DNA from: Hormiphora californensis | Taxonomy: Eukaryota > Animalia > Ctenophora | NCBI GenBank assembly: GCA_020137815.1 | Contig: CM035352.1 | Location: 3,968,001-4,032,000 of the forward strand | Length of the DNA: 64,000 nucleotides | Direction: 5' to 3' | Shown: positions 1 to 13,149 of the stretch, one piece after another | Layout: each line of letters starts with the position of its first letter | How positions within the stretch are numbered: the stretch's first letter is position 1 | Made by a program: the position numbers and the translations under genes | Notes under the pieces: model-generated | What the model was told of the DNA's origin: nothing | Databases searched by the model: none | Seen by the model: only the letters and a program-made list of their open reading frames with translations

Positions 1-317
1 AATTTTTATACTTCCTCACCCGCTTAGGGTGCCCCGATTCGGTATGGTATCACGTATCGGTTCGTTTTGAACCCGCTAATTAGACAGGATATCCAGTAAG
101 TTGCACCGATTCGAAATACAAACCGGACGGGCTGGTATAACTTAGAAAATTTTTCACATTTTTTTGAAAAAGAATTATTTTATATTTTTCTTTTTTCTAA
201 TCAGAAATGATCATGTCATCAATACATGAATATTGCATATGACAGTTAGAGGTGTCTTTAGTCTTAATAATATAGCATTTTGGGCAATAAAATAGGTTTT
301 TTGGGTCAAATATGGCT

Positions 318-396
318 CACCCCGATTTAGTGGACACCCCGATTTAGTGGACAAGACCCTTTCCCCCGAGGGTGTCCCTAAATCGGGGTCCGACTG
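318..396. mobile_element. End of a Tc1/mariner-type MITE
   Basis: Repeated CCCCGATTTAG/CTAAATCGGGG motifs end in ...GGTCCGACTG followed by TA (397-398). The partner end was not located in the window. Confidence 0.5.
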
Positions 397-986
397 TATT
401 TGGTAAAGTCTTTGTACGTGCAGTGTCCTAATATTATTATGCTTTATTAAGTGGTCCATTTCTTTGAGATAAGGGGCCAACTCGCCGCCAGATCTAAAAT
501 ATTTTCAAGTTGAGCAACAGTTACTAGAATTCTCGTCTCCCCCCGTTGCTTGCGGTGCAATAAACTTAATAATTTCATTTCTGTGTGCATAATAAATTGT
601 TATTCCGTTACTGCAGCACCTCCCTTGTGAAAGCGTGCATATAATAATATTTTAAATATAATATTTTAAATATTATATTTTAAATATTATATTTTAAATA
701 TTGCCATTTTAAAGGTGGAGCATATTAGAGAACATAACTAAGTTGAAGTCTCAATTTCATAAAGCATCCCAAGATATTGCGACACGAAAATATTTCTGGA
801 ACGACTTCATAAAGGAAAGGCTTTTATTTCTACGGGACGTAAAGAATCCTTCTCTTGACAAGTAGGTAAGTTATGGATCCATGGAATGAGACCCCGTCAG
901 CCGTGTATTACTTGCCTTGTTCGACCTGCGCTCTCTCCACCCCCCCCCCCCCTGCAATATATAGGAGGATTTAGAACATGTATTAC

Positions 987-3142
987 CGTTAGAGGTAAGT
1001 GAGTGAAGGGTAGCGGTAGGGTGCTCAGACCACCAGACAAGTACCTGACCATCTTCTGTAAACAATACACTTCCTATCTTTTCACTGAAAATACATAACA
1101 CATTAGTACTTGTTATTATAGACGGCAGAATCTGAATTTAGATTGGATTCAAATTAAAGGTAGCCGGAGCATTAGCAGGGGTAGACGGATTCTAGGGAGG
1201 AATAAATGTCGTAGTATAATGACATAGTGTGAATTCGTGCACTGACAAATCACCGGCCACCGGGTACCAGACTGGTACTACCAGTGGGCACTCTGGGCAC
1301 AGTGGGCACAAACACTTAACACACTAAAAGTTACCTTTTGTCGGCATTGTCCCAGTCGATTCCACGATACTTTGGAAGTTTCTCCAGTAGCTCCCTTCGA
1401 CTGTCAAAATACTGTTTAGACAGGATATGATGACTTCCCAGGCCCAGAGGCACAGGGTTATTGATAGTGCCCATAATGGGGTTAAGGGCCTCGTACACGT
1501 TGTTTTTACCACACGGGGTAACCGGAGAGGGACCATGGATCCGTCCCTTGACCTCTGGTTTGTTGAACGTTACCCCTCCCTCTGGGTTGCCCTGGAGACG
1601 GGCTGTAGATGACTCTTCCAGGGGCTCTGACCAAGACCCAATCGGGAGGGTATAGAACACCAGAGAGCAGGCATCTGTCTGATCTGCAGGAATAAAAGTG
1701 TTAATCAAGGTTTATCCGTTATCGGTTATTATTCTTTGTTCAGCCCGTCACTTCACTTCTCGAAATATTATGCGGTTCATGACTCACATGGTGTTTGTTG
1801 TGCGCGGCGGACGCGCGGCCTTTATGTCAGACACGATGCTAAAAAAGTACACACAAGAGGGGCGCGGGGCTGAGGAGCGGGTAGAAATCATCGGAAAAAG
1901 TGTGACCGATCCAGATTTGCCTTGCATGTTAGCAAAAAACGTCCGAAAAGTACCCCCTAAATTTTACAACAACAAGATTAATTGCATTATGTTCTAACAT
2001 AATGCTGAACTTCCCTGCCATGTGAATCTATGAAGAAAGGAAATCATGACCAGATCCGCTGTAGCAGCAATCGGAACACAATATCCCGATCATCATATCA
2101 CACAAACAGTATAGAGCAAATCCTTGTGTTTTAGTAGCACTAAATTGCGCGCCACGCCGCCACATTGCGCGCCACACATTTCCTGAAAACGTGCCAATGA
2201 AGTGGTTTATGAAGGAGCAGCTCGTAACTGTGTGCGCGGCTCTTGTTGCTACACCGTTGCCCCTCGCAACTAAAGTGTGACCAAAATGGTCCCTCTACCG
2301 ATTAGTTAGTATACCAAAATGTCGTTTTCGAATTCTAACCCTGCTATGCCTTTTTACAAAGTAAAAAGGCATCCGGGTGAATGCCTTCGGCATTCACCCG
2401 GGCAGGGAAAAAATATCAAGGTCTAGTTACATACCTACGACAGTAACGGCCAGTGTGCTTTCATGCATCCGTACATGTAGCGCAACATCGCCTTCCTAGG
2501 GAGAGACAACTCACAACAGTGATTAAGAGAAGACTGGAATTAGATTTAGGATACGATTAGGATAGAATTATGATAATATATGATTAGATGACTGGTTAAA
2601 ATGGTCTATTACTTTTTAGTGCACGAGGCCGAAGGCCGAGTGTTCTAAATACAACAATAATGAACCGAGACCGACAGGTCGAGGTAGATCCTTTTACTTA
2701 GCTGCCGAGCCTGCGAGGCACGCTAAGTGTAACTATCGAGCGAGCCTGCGAGCTCTGTAGTTGTACTTTTGGGCCGAGCCTGCGAGGCCTAAAAGTGAAA
2801 GAATCTTTAACATTATTGTTGTGTAATAGAGCATGTAAAAGCAGTCATCTAATTTTATTAGATGATTTTGGAAACAAACTGAGTGAAAGAGATAAAGATT
2901 GAGTGAGAGAGAGAGAGAGAGAAAGAGAAAGAGAATGTGAGAGAGAGAGAGAGAGAGAGAGGCGTGTGCAGTAGTCACTACTGCATAGTGCACACGCCCT
3001 AACCCTTATCTTTTCTTCTCCTCTGCAACTATAGGTCACGTGATCGTCACGTGATGGCACCACGCCAATGAGCGTCCTGCATCTGCTTTCCCTCTCTGCC
3101 TTCGATTCTCTCTTTTACTATCTCTCTCTCTCACACACACAC

Positions 3143-3227
<85 letters not shown>

Positions 3228-6200
3228 TAATCTTTATCTCGTTCACTCAGTTTGTAATGTTTGTAATGCTCACACTGTGTGCGTGTGACTAGAAAGTGTC
3301 TAATTTTTCACATACCACTGCAACGGTATTTTACTTTATAATTACTAGTGTTTTTGCAGTGGTCTAAGTTTTCACAGTACACTGTAACCGGTGGTCACGG
3401 TGTACTGTGAAAATTTAGATAACCGGTTAAAATTGTCTAATAAATCATAAACACATACTAATTACATGGAGTAATTATTTCGTGCTATGATTGTGTACCT
3501 GATTTTGTAGCTCAGCGATTGTGAAAATTCCGGCCCGGGTGATGCCAAAGAGAGTCACACTACCTGAAACACAGGTCACAGAGGGATGCATTAGTACTTA
3601 CAATTAGTAATAATAATTAACACCATGGTGAATGGCAGCTGAATGTTGTTCCCACAGAACTTCTGACTGCAATGGAGTGATATAACTGTACTGGCTTGAT
3701 CCCAAGAATCGTGTGAGTAGCGCTTTTTATTGTTATTTTAACTGTGTGTGTCATTTAGCTTCTACCATCACGATCATTGTCTAGTTTAGTTTGTGTAGCT
3801 CACACCGCCCTTTTTTCAATAATGCTCTGTTACTAGGGTTAAGTTTGCTATTATAGCCTTGCTCGACCCTGTTTTACGCCCACACAAATGTAAAGCAAGG
3901 CAGGGTTCAGAAGATGAAAGTTTAGTTTATCTCATCTTCAGGATGTCACCTCTAATATGTGTGCTAATTCTGAGGAGATATATTCTAATTCTGTCATTGA
4001 CATGACATATATATTCGGCCTGTTAGAATGGAGGTGGGAAAACATGCCGCCATTTTGTAACATATCTTGTTTGTTATACACTCTGATTTCTAAGGGTACC
4101 TACTAACTAGACAATATATTCGTATGATCAAACAGTGCCCAACTTGTTTTGATACTTTCTGTTGTGCCCTAAATATTTGCCTTGCTTCCTCTTCTTCTTA
4201 GTTAGTGGAACCCAAGAGACTATCGCGAGTGCTCGTGAATGCATGATTTGCCTTGTTCGACCCTTTCTCATTTTACCAAGGAGAGGGTTAGAACAATGTA
4301 TGTAACCGGAACCGACCGAAACAAGTAAACAGCCAATCAGAACTCGTTATTTAGGTCACGTGACTAGTTATCAGCCAATCAGGGACCAGTATTTCCTGAT
4401 TCGGTCGGTTCTTGGTATGTAACATTAAAATATCATGACGTTGTATCCTGACAACAATCACAAACTATTCTAGACAGATCTATGAGAAGATACATCATGG
4501 AGGTAAATACATGGACAGAGCGAGTGGAACTGTCTTGCAAAAAGGTATGTCATGTCCCTTCCTAGTCTGTTCCTACCCATTTGTGGCAATGTCACAGTGA
4601 AATATATATTCAGTTTTCTAACAATTAAAAGTTTTAAAAAGCTGGTCTCTACTGCAACCGGAGCTCAGAAACAAAACTATTTAGGCTAACATTTTATCCG
4701 CTACAATAACACCCTGATCTTCCTAGATATCAAGTATAGCCCGCAATGGTGACTGCACCCTCAACTACCAAGTGAAATGTCCGATAGCGGAGTGTCCCCA
4801 ATCCTCACTAAACACCGTTATCTACCTCAAGAAAAGGGCCATGGTGCACCCCAGTACGGGAACTCACCACCCCCTCCTAGCAGTAGAAGTAGCTACCTTC
4901 ACGAGGGGTGTCTGGAGCCCCCTCAAACATCTCTCTCGACTAACAAGAGAGGATGATACCCGGGTTTGGATACGGTTTAGGACCGCACACCAAAGTCAAC
5001 TGCAGAAGAATCTGGTTTTTGAGAACTTGCACAGTGTAAAAACGTGATATTCTTGAATATTGCAGTGAAGTACTAGTGAATAGACTTTTAACCAGTTGGA
5101 GGTGTAAGAGGGAAATCTGGTATTAGGATTTTAGGTTACCAATTATCTCTAAAGAAGTTTACATTTGGGTTATTTGGGGACAATCAGGACAGCTCCAATT
5201 TGTTTTTGTGTCATTTTCTGTTGTCCACTGGACATTGAACACCGGACATATTTGTAAAAAAGATATGTTTGATCTGACCCGCACAGACTTTGTGTACTAT
5301 TCTGTAATATTTCTGTAACATTTCTGTTGCCAAGATATTATGATTTTGGTTTTCTCTGACTGAACTACACAAACAGACGAACTTGTTCTCACGTTTTTGC
5401 TTTCCATTTAATAATGACTGTCAGGCAGGCGCTCCATGATATTATTTTACCAGTGTTCATCATCGTGACTGTGGGCGCTTTGGAATTATGCCAGAGGGGG
5501 AACCAAATGTTTCTCTCTCTCGCCCCAAAGTTGCGTGATATTTGCATATTCAATACCTCGGGGGGTCCTTGCCTTTGTCCTAAGTTACCTTTTGGGTCGA
5601 GTGTAGCTGCTATATACGTAGAAGGTTCGGAGCCTTGTGTTGAATCTATCTGAAGATATCCCCCACTGCAAAAGAATTTGTTTTATTTAGTATCGTCTCA
5701 CAAAGGTCAGGAAATCCTGCATAAATAACATACTATGGCACACATGATAGACCTGATCTCATTCGGTTAAAGATAATATTGTTACAAGGGTTTGAGTGTG
5801 TTACGACACATGTGCCCCATGAGATTGTTGCACTGTTCTACTTTTCGCATTTTTTTCTGTCTGGCGGTGCCAGACCCCGTTTCGATTCTCGCGATAGTGC
5901 ACCCAGATCGGGTCGCAATACAGTATTTTATAAACTGAGGAGGGGTAGCTAACTTATCCTAGTGCCCTAACTTTGCTTTGTTCAACACTCTCTAAAGGTT
6001 AGAACAGTAAATCCTACCTTTCGTTGTTTAGTTTGTACACAGGCCTGGTAGGATCCTCCCCGGTAAAGGCCAGGATACCTCCTTTACCCACTGCCAGGAG
6101 GAGTTTCCCATCAGGAGTAGTGTTCATACAGTGTAGTGGGTAAGGTAACACCACCTTTGCTCCCCCGTCCACCTGGGAAAATGTGTAGTGTTACTTCTCT

Positions 6201-6577
6201 CTGTTCTTTATCTGCGGAATGGTACATAGTTCCTAAGAACATTCCTAAGAACATATCACTTTCTCTCTCTCGCTTCATTATTCCTTTTCCTCTAACTCCA
6301 TAATTATCCCTTACGAGGCGAATAGCCCCAAAGAATAACAAAGCTTTACTACCTTTGGCAAGTGTCTTCTATTTGCTTCAAACTCCATCTCATTCTGTCT
6401 CTTGGCGATGAGGCTCCACGCGTCCTCGAACAGCCCATTCAAGATCTTATCAACCAGGCGAAAGGGCTGGGGCAGTTTGTCGTGAAGTTGGTCTGGATCC
6501 ACAGCAAAGTCTCCCTCGTCCCCGTTGTCATCAAGGGTGGAGGGGGAATCAACGTAGAACGGCCTGTGAACACCCAT
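987..6577 (-). CDS. WDR93: WD repeat-containing protein 93, 5' part. Exons 6577-6353, 6172-6018, 5665-5589, 3563-3499, 2495-2435, 1683-1335, 1084-987; 3' exons unresolved or outside the window
   Basis: GT-AG exons join in phase. LPQPFRLVDKILNGLFEDAWSLI resembles WDR93 [23 protein letters not shown] as recalled. The later blocks LVFYTLPIGSW, LGLGSHHIL and VLVWWSEH follow the order of the corresponding WDR93 blocks. Confidence 0.8.
2339..2407. repeat. T-shaped double hairpin, probably the end of an intronic element spanning ~1700-2407
   Basis: CCCTGC/GCAGGG outer stem encloses ATGCCTTTTTAC-AAA-GTAAAAAGGCAT and CCGGGTGAATGCC-TTC-GGCATTCACCCGG, all perfectly paired. Confidence 0.75.
4306..4414 (+). 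mobile_element. hAT-type MITE (~109 bp), copy 1
   Basis: Termini resemble CAGGAACCGACCG/CGGTCGGTTCCTG; 8-bp TSD GTATGTAA on both sides. Confidence 0.85.
4482..5047 (+). CDS. Candidate nested gene of unknown function in WDR93 intron 3. Exons 4482-4544 and 4727-5047, ~127 aa; upstream exons possible
   Basis: Acceptor TAG (4471-4473) lies just before the ATG. The AAG|gtatgt donor and ttcctag acceptor join in phase with ORF 4772..5047. No family recognised. Confidence 0.4.
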
Positions 6578-6595
6578 CCTAAACGGGATCTGGTT

Positions 6596-7936
6596 CACGG
6601 CGTGCCTGGTGAAATTTTAACACGACCTAGCATGCAACGGGAAACCACCACTTGTACGTGGTAGCTGAGGGTCTACAGAATGGCGCTACGGTGCGGGAAA
6701 AAAAAGTCCATTCCCTAAAATCGTTTTTTTTACTTTTATTTGATTTGGGTCAAAATTGGCTATATTAAACGTGGTCCCGAAAAATCCATAATGACTTAGC
6801 ACACGAAATATGTCACCCCTACCTATTTTTGCACGTAGAATCGATTGCCGTTGAAGTCGAATCTCTAAAATGACTGTAAAATGGTCAAAAGTTGATTTTT
6901 TACCATTTTTTGGAGGTTTTTGGCCCCTAAACCATTGAAAACGTTGAGATAGGGATTTGAAACTAGTGCCAATCGTTAAAATGGTCATTTTTCTACCAAG
7001 AACCAAGTTTTCGTGTATATCCGATTTATGGTTAGATTTGGGCAAATTGTTGAAATCTGCCAACTAGGAGAACCGTAACTTGATTTTCTTGTTTTTTGGA
7101 TTTTGGCATTTTTGACAAACTTCTGATTGAAATGGTCAATCGGGACAATGCTTAAGTTGTTTATGGGACAATTTTCGACTAAAATCCAAGATTTCATACC
7201 AATCCAATAACAGATCGTTGATTTATAGAAAATTTAAGTAGGCAAAACGGTCAAAATGACAACTTTTCTTGCTTATTTTGACCGTTTTGCCTACTTAAAT
7301 TTTCTATAAATCAACGATCTGTTATTGGATTGGTATGAAATCTTGGATTTTAGTCGAAAATTGTCCCATAAACAACTTAAGCATGGTCCCGATTGACCAT
7401 TTCAATCAGAAGTTTGTCAAAAATGCCAAAATCCAAAAAACAAGAAAATCAAGTTACGGTTCTCCTAGTTGGCAGATTTCAACAATTTGCCCAAATCTAA
7501 CCATAAATCGGATATACACGAAAACTTGGTTCTTGGTAGAAAAATGACCATTTTAACGATTGGCACTAGTTTCAAATCCCTATCTCAACGTTTTCAATGG
7601 TTTAGGGGCCAAAAACCTCCAAAAAATGGTAAAAAATCAACTTTTGACCATTTTACAGTCATTTTAGAGATTCGACTTCAACGGCAATCGATTCTACGTG
7701 CAAAAGTAGGTAGGGGTGACATATTTCGTGTGCTAAGTCATTATGGATTTTTCGGGACCACGTTTAATATAGCCAATTTTGACCCAAATCAAATAAAAGT
7801 AAAAAAAACGATTTTAGGGAATGGACTTTTTTTTCCCGCACCGTAGCGCCATTCTGTAGACCCTCAGCTACCACGTACAAGTGGTGGTTTCCCGTTGCAT
7901 GCTAGGTCGTGTTAAAATTTCACCAGGCACGCCGTG
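6596..7936. mobile_element. Foldback non-autonomous DNA transposon, Chapaev/CMC-like ends
   Basis: Near-perfect 662-bp inverted arms (6596-7257, 7275-7936) with a 17-bp spacer. CACGG...CCGTG termini; 4-bp TSD GGTT. Confidence 0.85.
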
Positions 7937-7955
7937 GGTTATCAATACAATTATA

Positions 7956-8176
7956 GGGGGTATGTATAAACCCGGATAGTCCGGATAATAGTTTTTTTCA
8001 GGATAGCCTACAGGACAACCCGGGATATATCGGCTCGATTATCTGATCTATTCGGGCAATACAAGATATCTGGGCATGATATTATTATCATAATGATAAC
8101 CGGAGTATTCCAGCTCGTATATGCTGGAATAGCTTTTCTAAAATTATCTGGGCTATCCAGGTTTACACATACCCCC
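7956..8176. mobile_element. MITE, PIF/Harbinger-like ends
   Basis: Imperfect TIRs GGGGGTATGTATAAACCCGGATAG / CTATCCAGGTTTACACATACCCCC, flanked by TA. Confidence 0.6.
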
Positions 8177-9107
8177 TAATGTCTACTAGAAGTTACAATG
8201 TGGCCCCGTGCACTATCATGTAACTTGCCTTGCTCGACCCTGTCTCAGTGTCTCACCACGCCCTGCACAAATGTAAAGGAGGGTTAGAACATTTGAACAT
8301 ATGTTACATGAACCCATTTATACCCACTCCTTGTTACACGGCACACACTGCAAAACTATGTGTCAGGTGTGACATTATTATGTCACCCATAGCAACCTAA
8401 TGATATCATAACTTTTTTCACTTATGTTTGTGTGCAATGTAGGAGCATTGTTGAGATTTGAAACATCATTACACCTTTTGAACGCAACACCCAGTCACCC
8501 AAACCCCCATTTGTTATGCTCTAACCCTCCTTTACAGTTTACATTATGTTGTAAAAGAAGGTCTCTCTCGACGTTACGGTACATAGAGAGAGAGAGAGTT
8601 GCACAAGGCAAAAGCCTATTATGTTTTTGAGAAAAATATATATTGCACTTTTTACTTGCTACTCTTATCACAGTTGTCCCACCACCTCCCTCGATGCGTT
8701 AGGGATCACGTGACACAGTGTGTTATTGGAAACCTCAAACCGTATGATGAGTTGACAGATAAAAAGGGCAAACCCACCGGCCTTATCTTATTCCTCATTT
8801 CACTTTACAGTCTCGCCTGACTCTTTGCTTTCCCTTCCATATTATATTCTTTGCCAAGCCTATCTTTTATAGCCTCCTGTCCGCGTCTACAGCAGCTTCT
8901 CTTTATCTCTCTGCTTAGAATTTGCACCTCCCTTGCTGCAGTGAGCAACTCAACACTTCTCAACAAGATGGCTGTGTTGATTAGCGTGTCCCGTGTATTG
9001 AGTTCTAGTTTAATCATTATTTATTAGCTCCCTTATAGTGTTTAATGTTTCTCTAACTAAAGACCCGTTATCTAACCCATCCTCCTCTCCCCCACAGCCC
9101 CCACAAC

Positions 9108-9533
9108 ATGTATGACCTAGTACACAACCACGGCCAGCATCCTCCCTGCAACTCCATGATGCTGGGTCACCAGAACGATGGTTCCGGCAGTTACTGGCTG
9201 GTGATTGTTAACACCCCCAACGGTAGGATCCCCGGCAAGGCACGTGCCGGTAAGGCCTGGTACTCATTCGGGGGTAAGGAGCACGAAAGTACGGATTTCC
9301 ATTGGATCAAGGTATCCCGGGGTTACCGAGTCCACCAGGAGAAGTGTAACAGCGTGCCCCACGGGGCTGTCGTGGGCTTCCAACATAACAACAACAAGCC
9401 CGTGTTCGGGGTTATCTGTCACACCCCTCATGGGCATGTTCCCGGGAAGAGTAACGGACAGGAGGCTCACTATGGATGGGGAGGGAAGGAGGAGACGTGC
9501 CGAAACTTCTCCTATATTGTTGTCCGACAGTAA
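9108..9533 (+). CDS. DM9-repeat (DUF3421-like) protein, 141 aa, single coding exon
   Basis: Two internal repeats, TPNGRIPGKA...AWYSFGGKE and TPHGHVPGKS...AHYGWGGKE, match the DM9 G-x-IPGK...YGGKE signature. Acceptor cccacag lies 10 nt before the ATG. Confidence 0.75.
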   Translation: MYDLVHNHGQHPPCNSMMLGHQNDGSGSYWLVIVNTPNGRIPGKARAGKAWYSFGGKEHESTDFHWIKVSRGYRVHQEKCNSVPHGAVVGFQHNNNKPVFGVICHTPHGHVPGKSNGQEAHYGWGGKEETCRNFSYIVVRQ

Positions 9534-11160
9534 TTAGAGGGGAGAGACTGTATTATGCTGGTTTAGGCTTTTTGAAATACACGATAACCGTTAATTACTG
9601 CGTTAAAACTACTGTGCATTATAAGTTGATATTTTATCTTAGCATGATTTCAAAAGACCCGACTTAAAATTAGTGTTTGAAAATCTTATCATTGGTGACA
9701 AGGGGCAGTGCAGCAGGGATACCACCACGACACAACTAACAAATTGTCTCTCATCATATTTTGGTCTTTACAAAGAACCACTAGAAATGGACATAGCCGT
9801 GGTACACCTTAGTGATCGGTGATGCACAGTGAGTCTTTGAAGTTTGATGCTCAAACGACGCATAGTTGCATACACGACCAAAACTTCATTACTAGTGAGT
9901 AGTGACAGTTTTCTTCTGCCACTAAATGTTCAGCAACATCTCGTTGTATTGGTCATGGTCATGGGCATGATCTACCTCTTTTCACCTCTTCCTCGCTGTT
10001 TGAGCTAATTTTCCGTTTTCGCACTCTTTCACGTTCAATATCCATGTAACACACATCACAAGACGGCACGCACCGGACTGTTGACTGTTCCTTCGTCTGT
10101 ACTCTGTCGTCAGTTCAATGAGCTTACTCTTAAATTCTGAACTCTTAGACGGAACTTTCCTAAGTTATGGAACGATGATGTGCGCGAACGTCGAACGACT
10201 CTAATTAGATACAAAAGATAGAAACTAGACTGCAAATTTGGACGATTCTCTGTCCACACAAGAAGTTTCAAAGCCCCAGTCCTTCACATAAGGGCTGTGT
10301 ACAGGTCCTCCTTTTAACGTTTTGTCACTTTAAAACGTCTTTTTTGACTGTTTTTCGGTCATAACTTGTGATTGGATTGTCAAAACATCGCCCAAATGGC
10401 TACAGAGACTTTAGGGTATGCATTAGTGAACTTAAAACCGGTTGCAAGATGATCCAAGCACTCCTTCCGTGGGCACGGACCATAGGGATCCCTAAAAAAG
10501 TTCAGTATTTACACAGAGTTTACACAGTCTTTACTCAGTCGTTACACCCAGAGCGGCGCGTGCTGTAGTAGGGACCCTAATCTGATCCAGTCACGAATTT
10601 TACCCCCCTATTTTATCCTTGGAAATGGTTAAGAAACTCATTAGAAGTTATGTGAATTACCAGAAATATACGCGTGACTGGGTAAATTGGTCACTAGGAG
10701 TCAATTAAGGTCTAATTGCCAGTCAAACGATATAAATGCCCCTTATTCCTGATTGACACATCGGATTTTGGTCTAGTAAAAATCACAGTATTCCAAATCA
10801 CTCTGCAAACAAGATTCAGTAAAAAAATTGGATGAAATAGGTTCGAAATTAGGTTTTTGGAACCTGGGCCAAACACCCGCCAAAACCAATAAATTGTCTA
10901 CGTTTCAAATGCTGTCACCTTTTGACTTTCATCTGTACTTTTATACCGCGCGCACCAATATGTACCGTGCGCGCCAAGCACGACACCTTGATCAAGGACA
11001 AAGGAAGGAGGCCTCATGGAAACAGCTAAGAAATGCGCTGACAAGTGCCGTAACCATAATTATGAATTTCTTCCTCATTTTAAGACCATTTCCAAGTTCC
11101 AGTATTCCGTTATTAAACACAAAATGAAACATGTTTGTATACAGAGAGGGAAAGAGTAAG

Positions 11161-11240
<80 letters not shown>

Positions 11241-11624
11241 GATAATTACAAACATGTTTCAATGATTCAACCACACTGTTCTTGTAATTGTTTACTAATA
11301 ATTTAAACTGACATGCATAATAAAATGGTGCACAGTTCATTGTTCAAATAGACGAAAAATATCAACAATTAATAACATCCACACATTCATAATTATAAAA
11401 CGGTCCGTTGTGATCAAACTGTTCACCCCACCCATGTTTTTATCTGGAACAAGATTTAATTTCCACATCACTTTGGCGGTATTATATTTGTTCCTTGTCT
11501 TCGGGGTCAACATTTAGAATGAGTACGGAAAACAATGAAAGTTCAAATATTTCAAACACTCATTCAAGGGCTTCGCCAACACAGGAATAATCCCGATATG
11601 ACAGGCGACACCCAGAGTCCTACA

Positions 11625-11961
11625 CACACTGTATTACTCCACCCATAATCAAATAACGTCCCTCAGGATGCGACCTTCTCAACTCACTCAAAGTCTTTAA
11701 TGTTCTCTTTCTCTCAACCCTCTACTCTAGAGTCCGATCAGGCTCCAGAAACACCTTGGAGTAGGCCGTAGTAGTCTTGAGCTCCCTCGCCTTCCTCAGG
11801 AGAGAAATCAGAGTTTCCCTGGAGTTCAGAGAGACAACGACAGGTCTCACTTTTCCATCAGCAGCAGCAACCACTCTAGAACACTTGGAGATCACAGGCT
11901 TCTCGTTTAGAGAGTCCATAACTTCGAAAGGGATCTTTGAGAAGCAGGATACACCTCTCAT
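11625..11961 (-). pseudogene. Degenerate LINE (CR1/L2-like) ORF1 C-terminal fragment
   Basis: RPVVVSL...LLRKARELK...VFLEPDRTLE*R resembles the ORF1 RP(I/V)xVxF...LK...VFIxPDLT pattern; contains an in-frame TAG. Confidence 0.6.
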
Positions 11962-12057
11962 TGCAGATATTTTACCCTTCCACCCAGGTATTCCGGCCGT
12001 TCCAACTGAGCGCCGTTCTGTGATGAGTTTTCCTGAAAGAATACAGTGGTGAGGGAG

Positions 12058-12139
<82 letters not shown>

Positions 12140-13149
12140 GAGAGAGAGAGAGAGAGAAAGAGAGAGCGGGAGGGGGTGGCGAGAGAGAAATAGAGATAGG
12201 GAGATACAGAGAGAAATACAGAGACAATCGGAGAGACCTACAGTCTACACCATACCCGGTATGGAGAAATAGATCAAAGGGATGGAGAGATAGAGATAGA
12301 GAGATAGCGATGGAGATGGCCTTGCTCGAACCTCTTTCCTAGGAGGGTTATAACATAACAAGATGGAGATACAGGGTGGGCCAGAAACATGTCAATACAG
12401 TTCGCTCTCCGAAATAGAGCTAGAGATAGAGCAAGAGATAGAGAGAAAACATCTGAAAGCGAACGACAGAGGGAGACAGATTCCTCTATCAAAATCATTA
12501 AACCTCCATGTTGAATAGCATGTAATTAAGATAAATACTAAATAGAAATGTAATAAATAACTGGGAGGAGAATAGAATAAATAACTGGGAAGAGAATGGA
12601 ACTCGGGAGGGATTTGGGAAGGGACGATTTGACAACTAACCTTCTTGGTTATGAAGATGAGTGTAGTTCACGCGTCCAGTCCAGTTCTCTTTTCGGAAAA
12701 TATCCCAGCCACATACTAGTTGGCCAACGTCTAATCGTTACTGCGGTGAAAGCTAGATTCCCATGTTTATCATATCAGTTGGTACCTGGATGGGGCAAAG
12801 ATGGTTTATAAACATGATGATGTACCTAGCTACAAAAATGGTGGACATGTATTATAATAGTCTGTTTATCGATCGTGATTCGATTAATTGGGGTTTCTTG
12901 CAACATTAGCTGGTACAGAATTTAGTAATTAGTAGTAACAGTACCTCTTTTTTAATGATTCCCCGAGAGAAAAGAAGAAGACTTTTCCTCTTTGTAGACA
13001 TTACACATCCGACATCCGTACACATCACATTTAATTCCTACTTTTAAGTTTTCCGTTTGCAGCATTAAACTATTAAATACATCCAGTTATAAATAAGAAA
13101 TTTAGGGAGTAAAAGATAATTATAAATAGAGGGGATAGGTATAGTAACA

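Noticed and set aside
440-493. Possible next WDR93 exon (DLAASWPLISK)
   Set aside because: It has a plausible acceptor and phase, but reaches a stop with no donor, so it was not included in the model.
6686-7846. Mirror-image 125-aa and 70-aa ORF pairs
   Set aside because: By-products of the palindrome, with no recognisable protein motifs.
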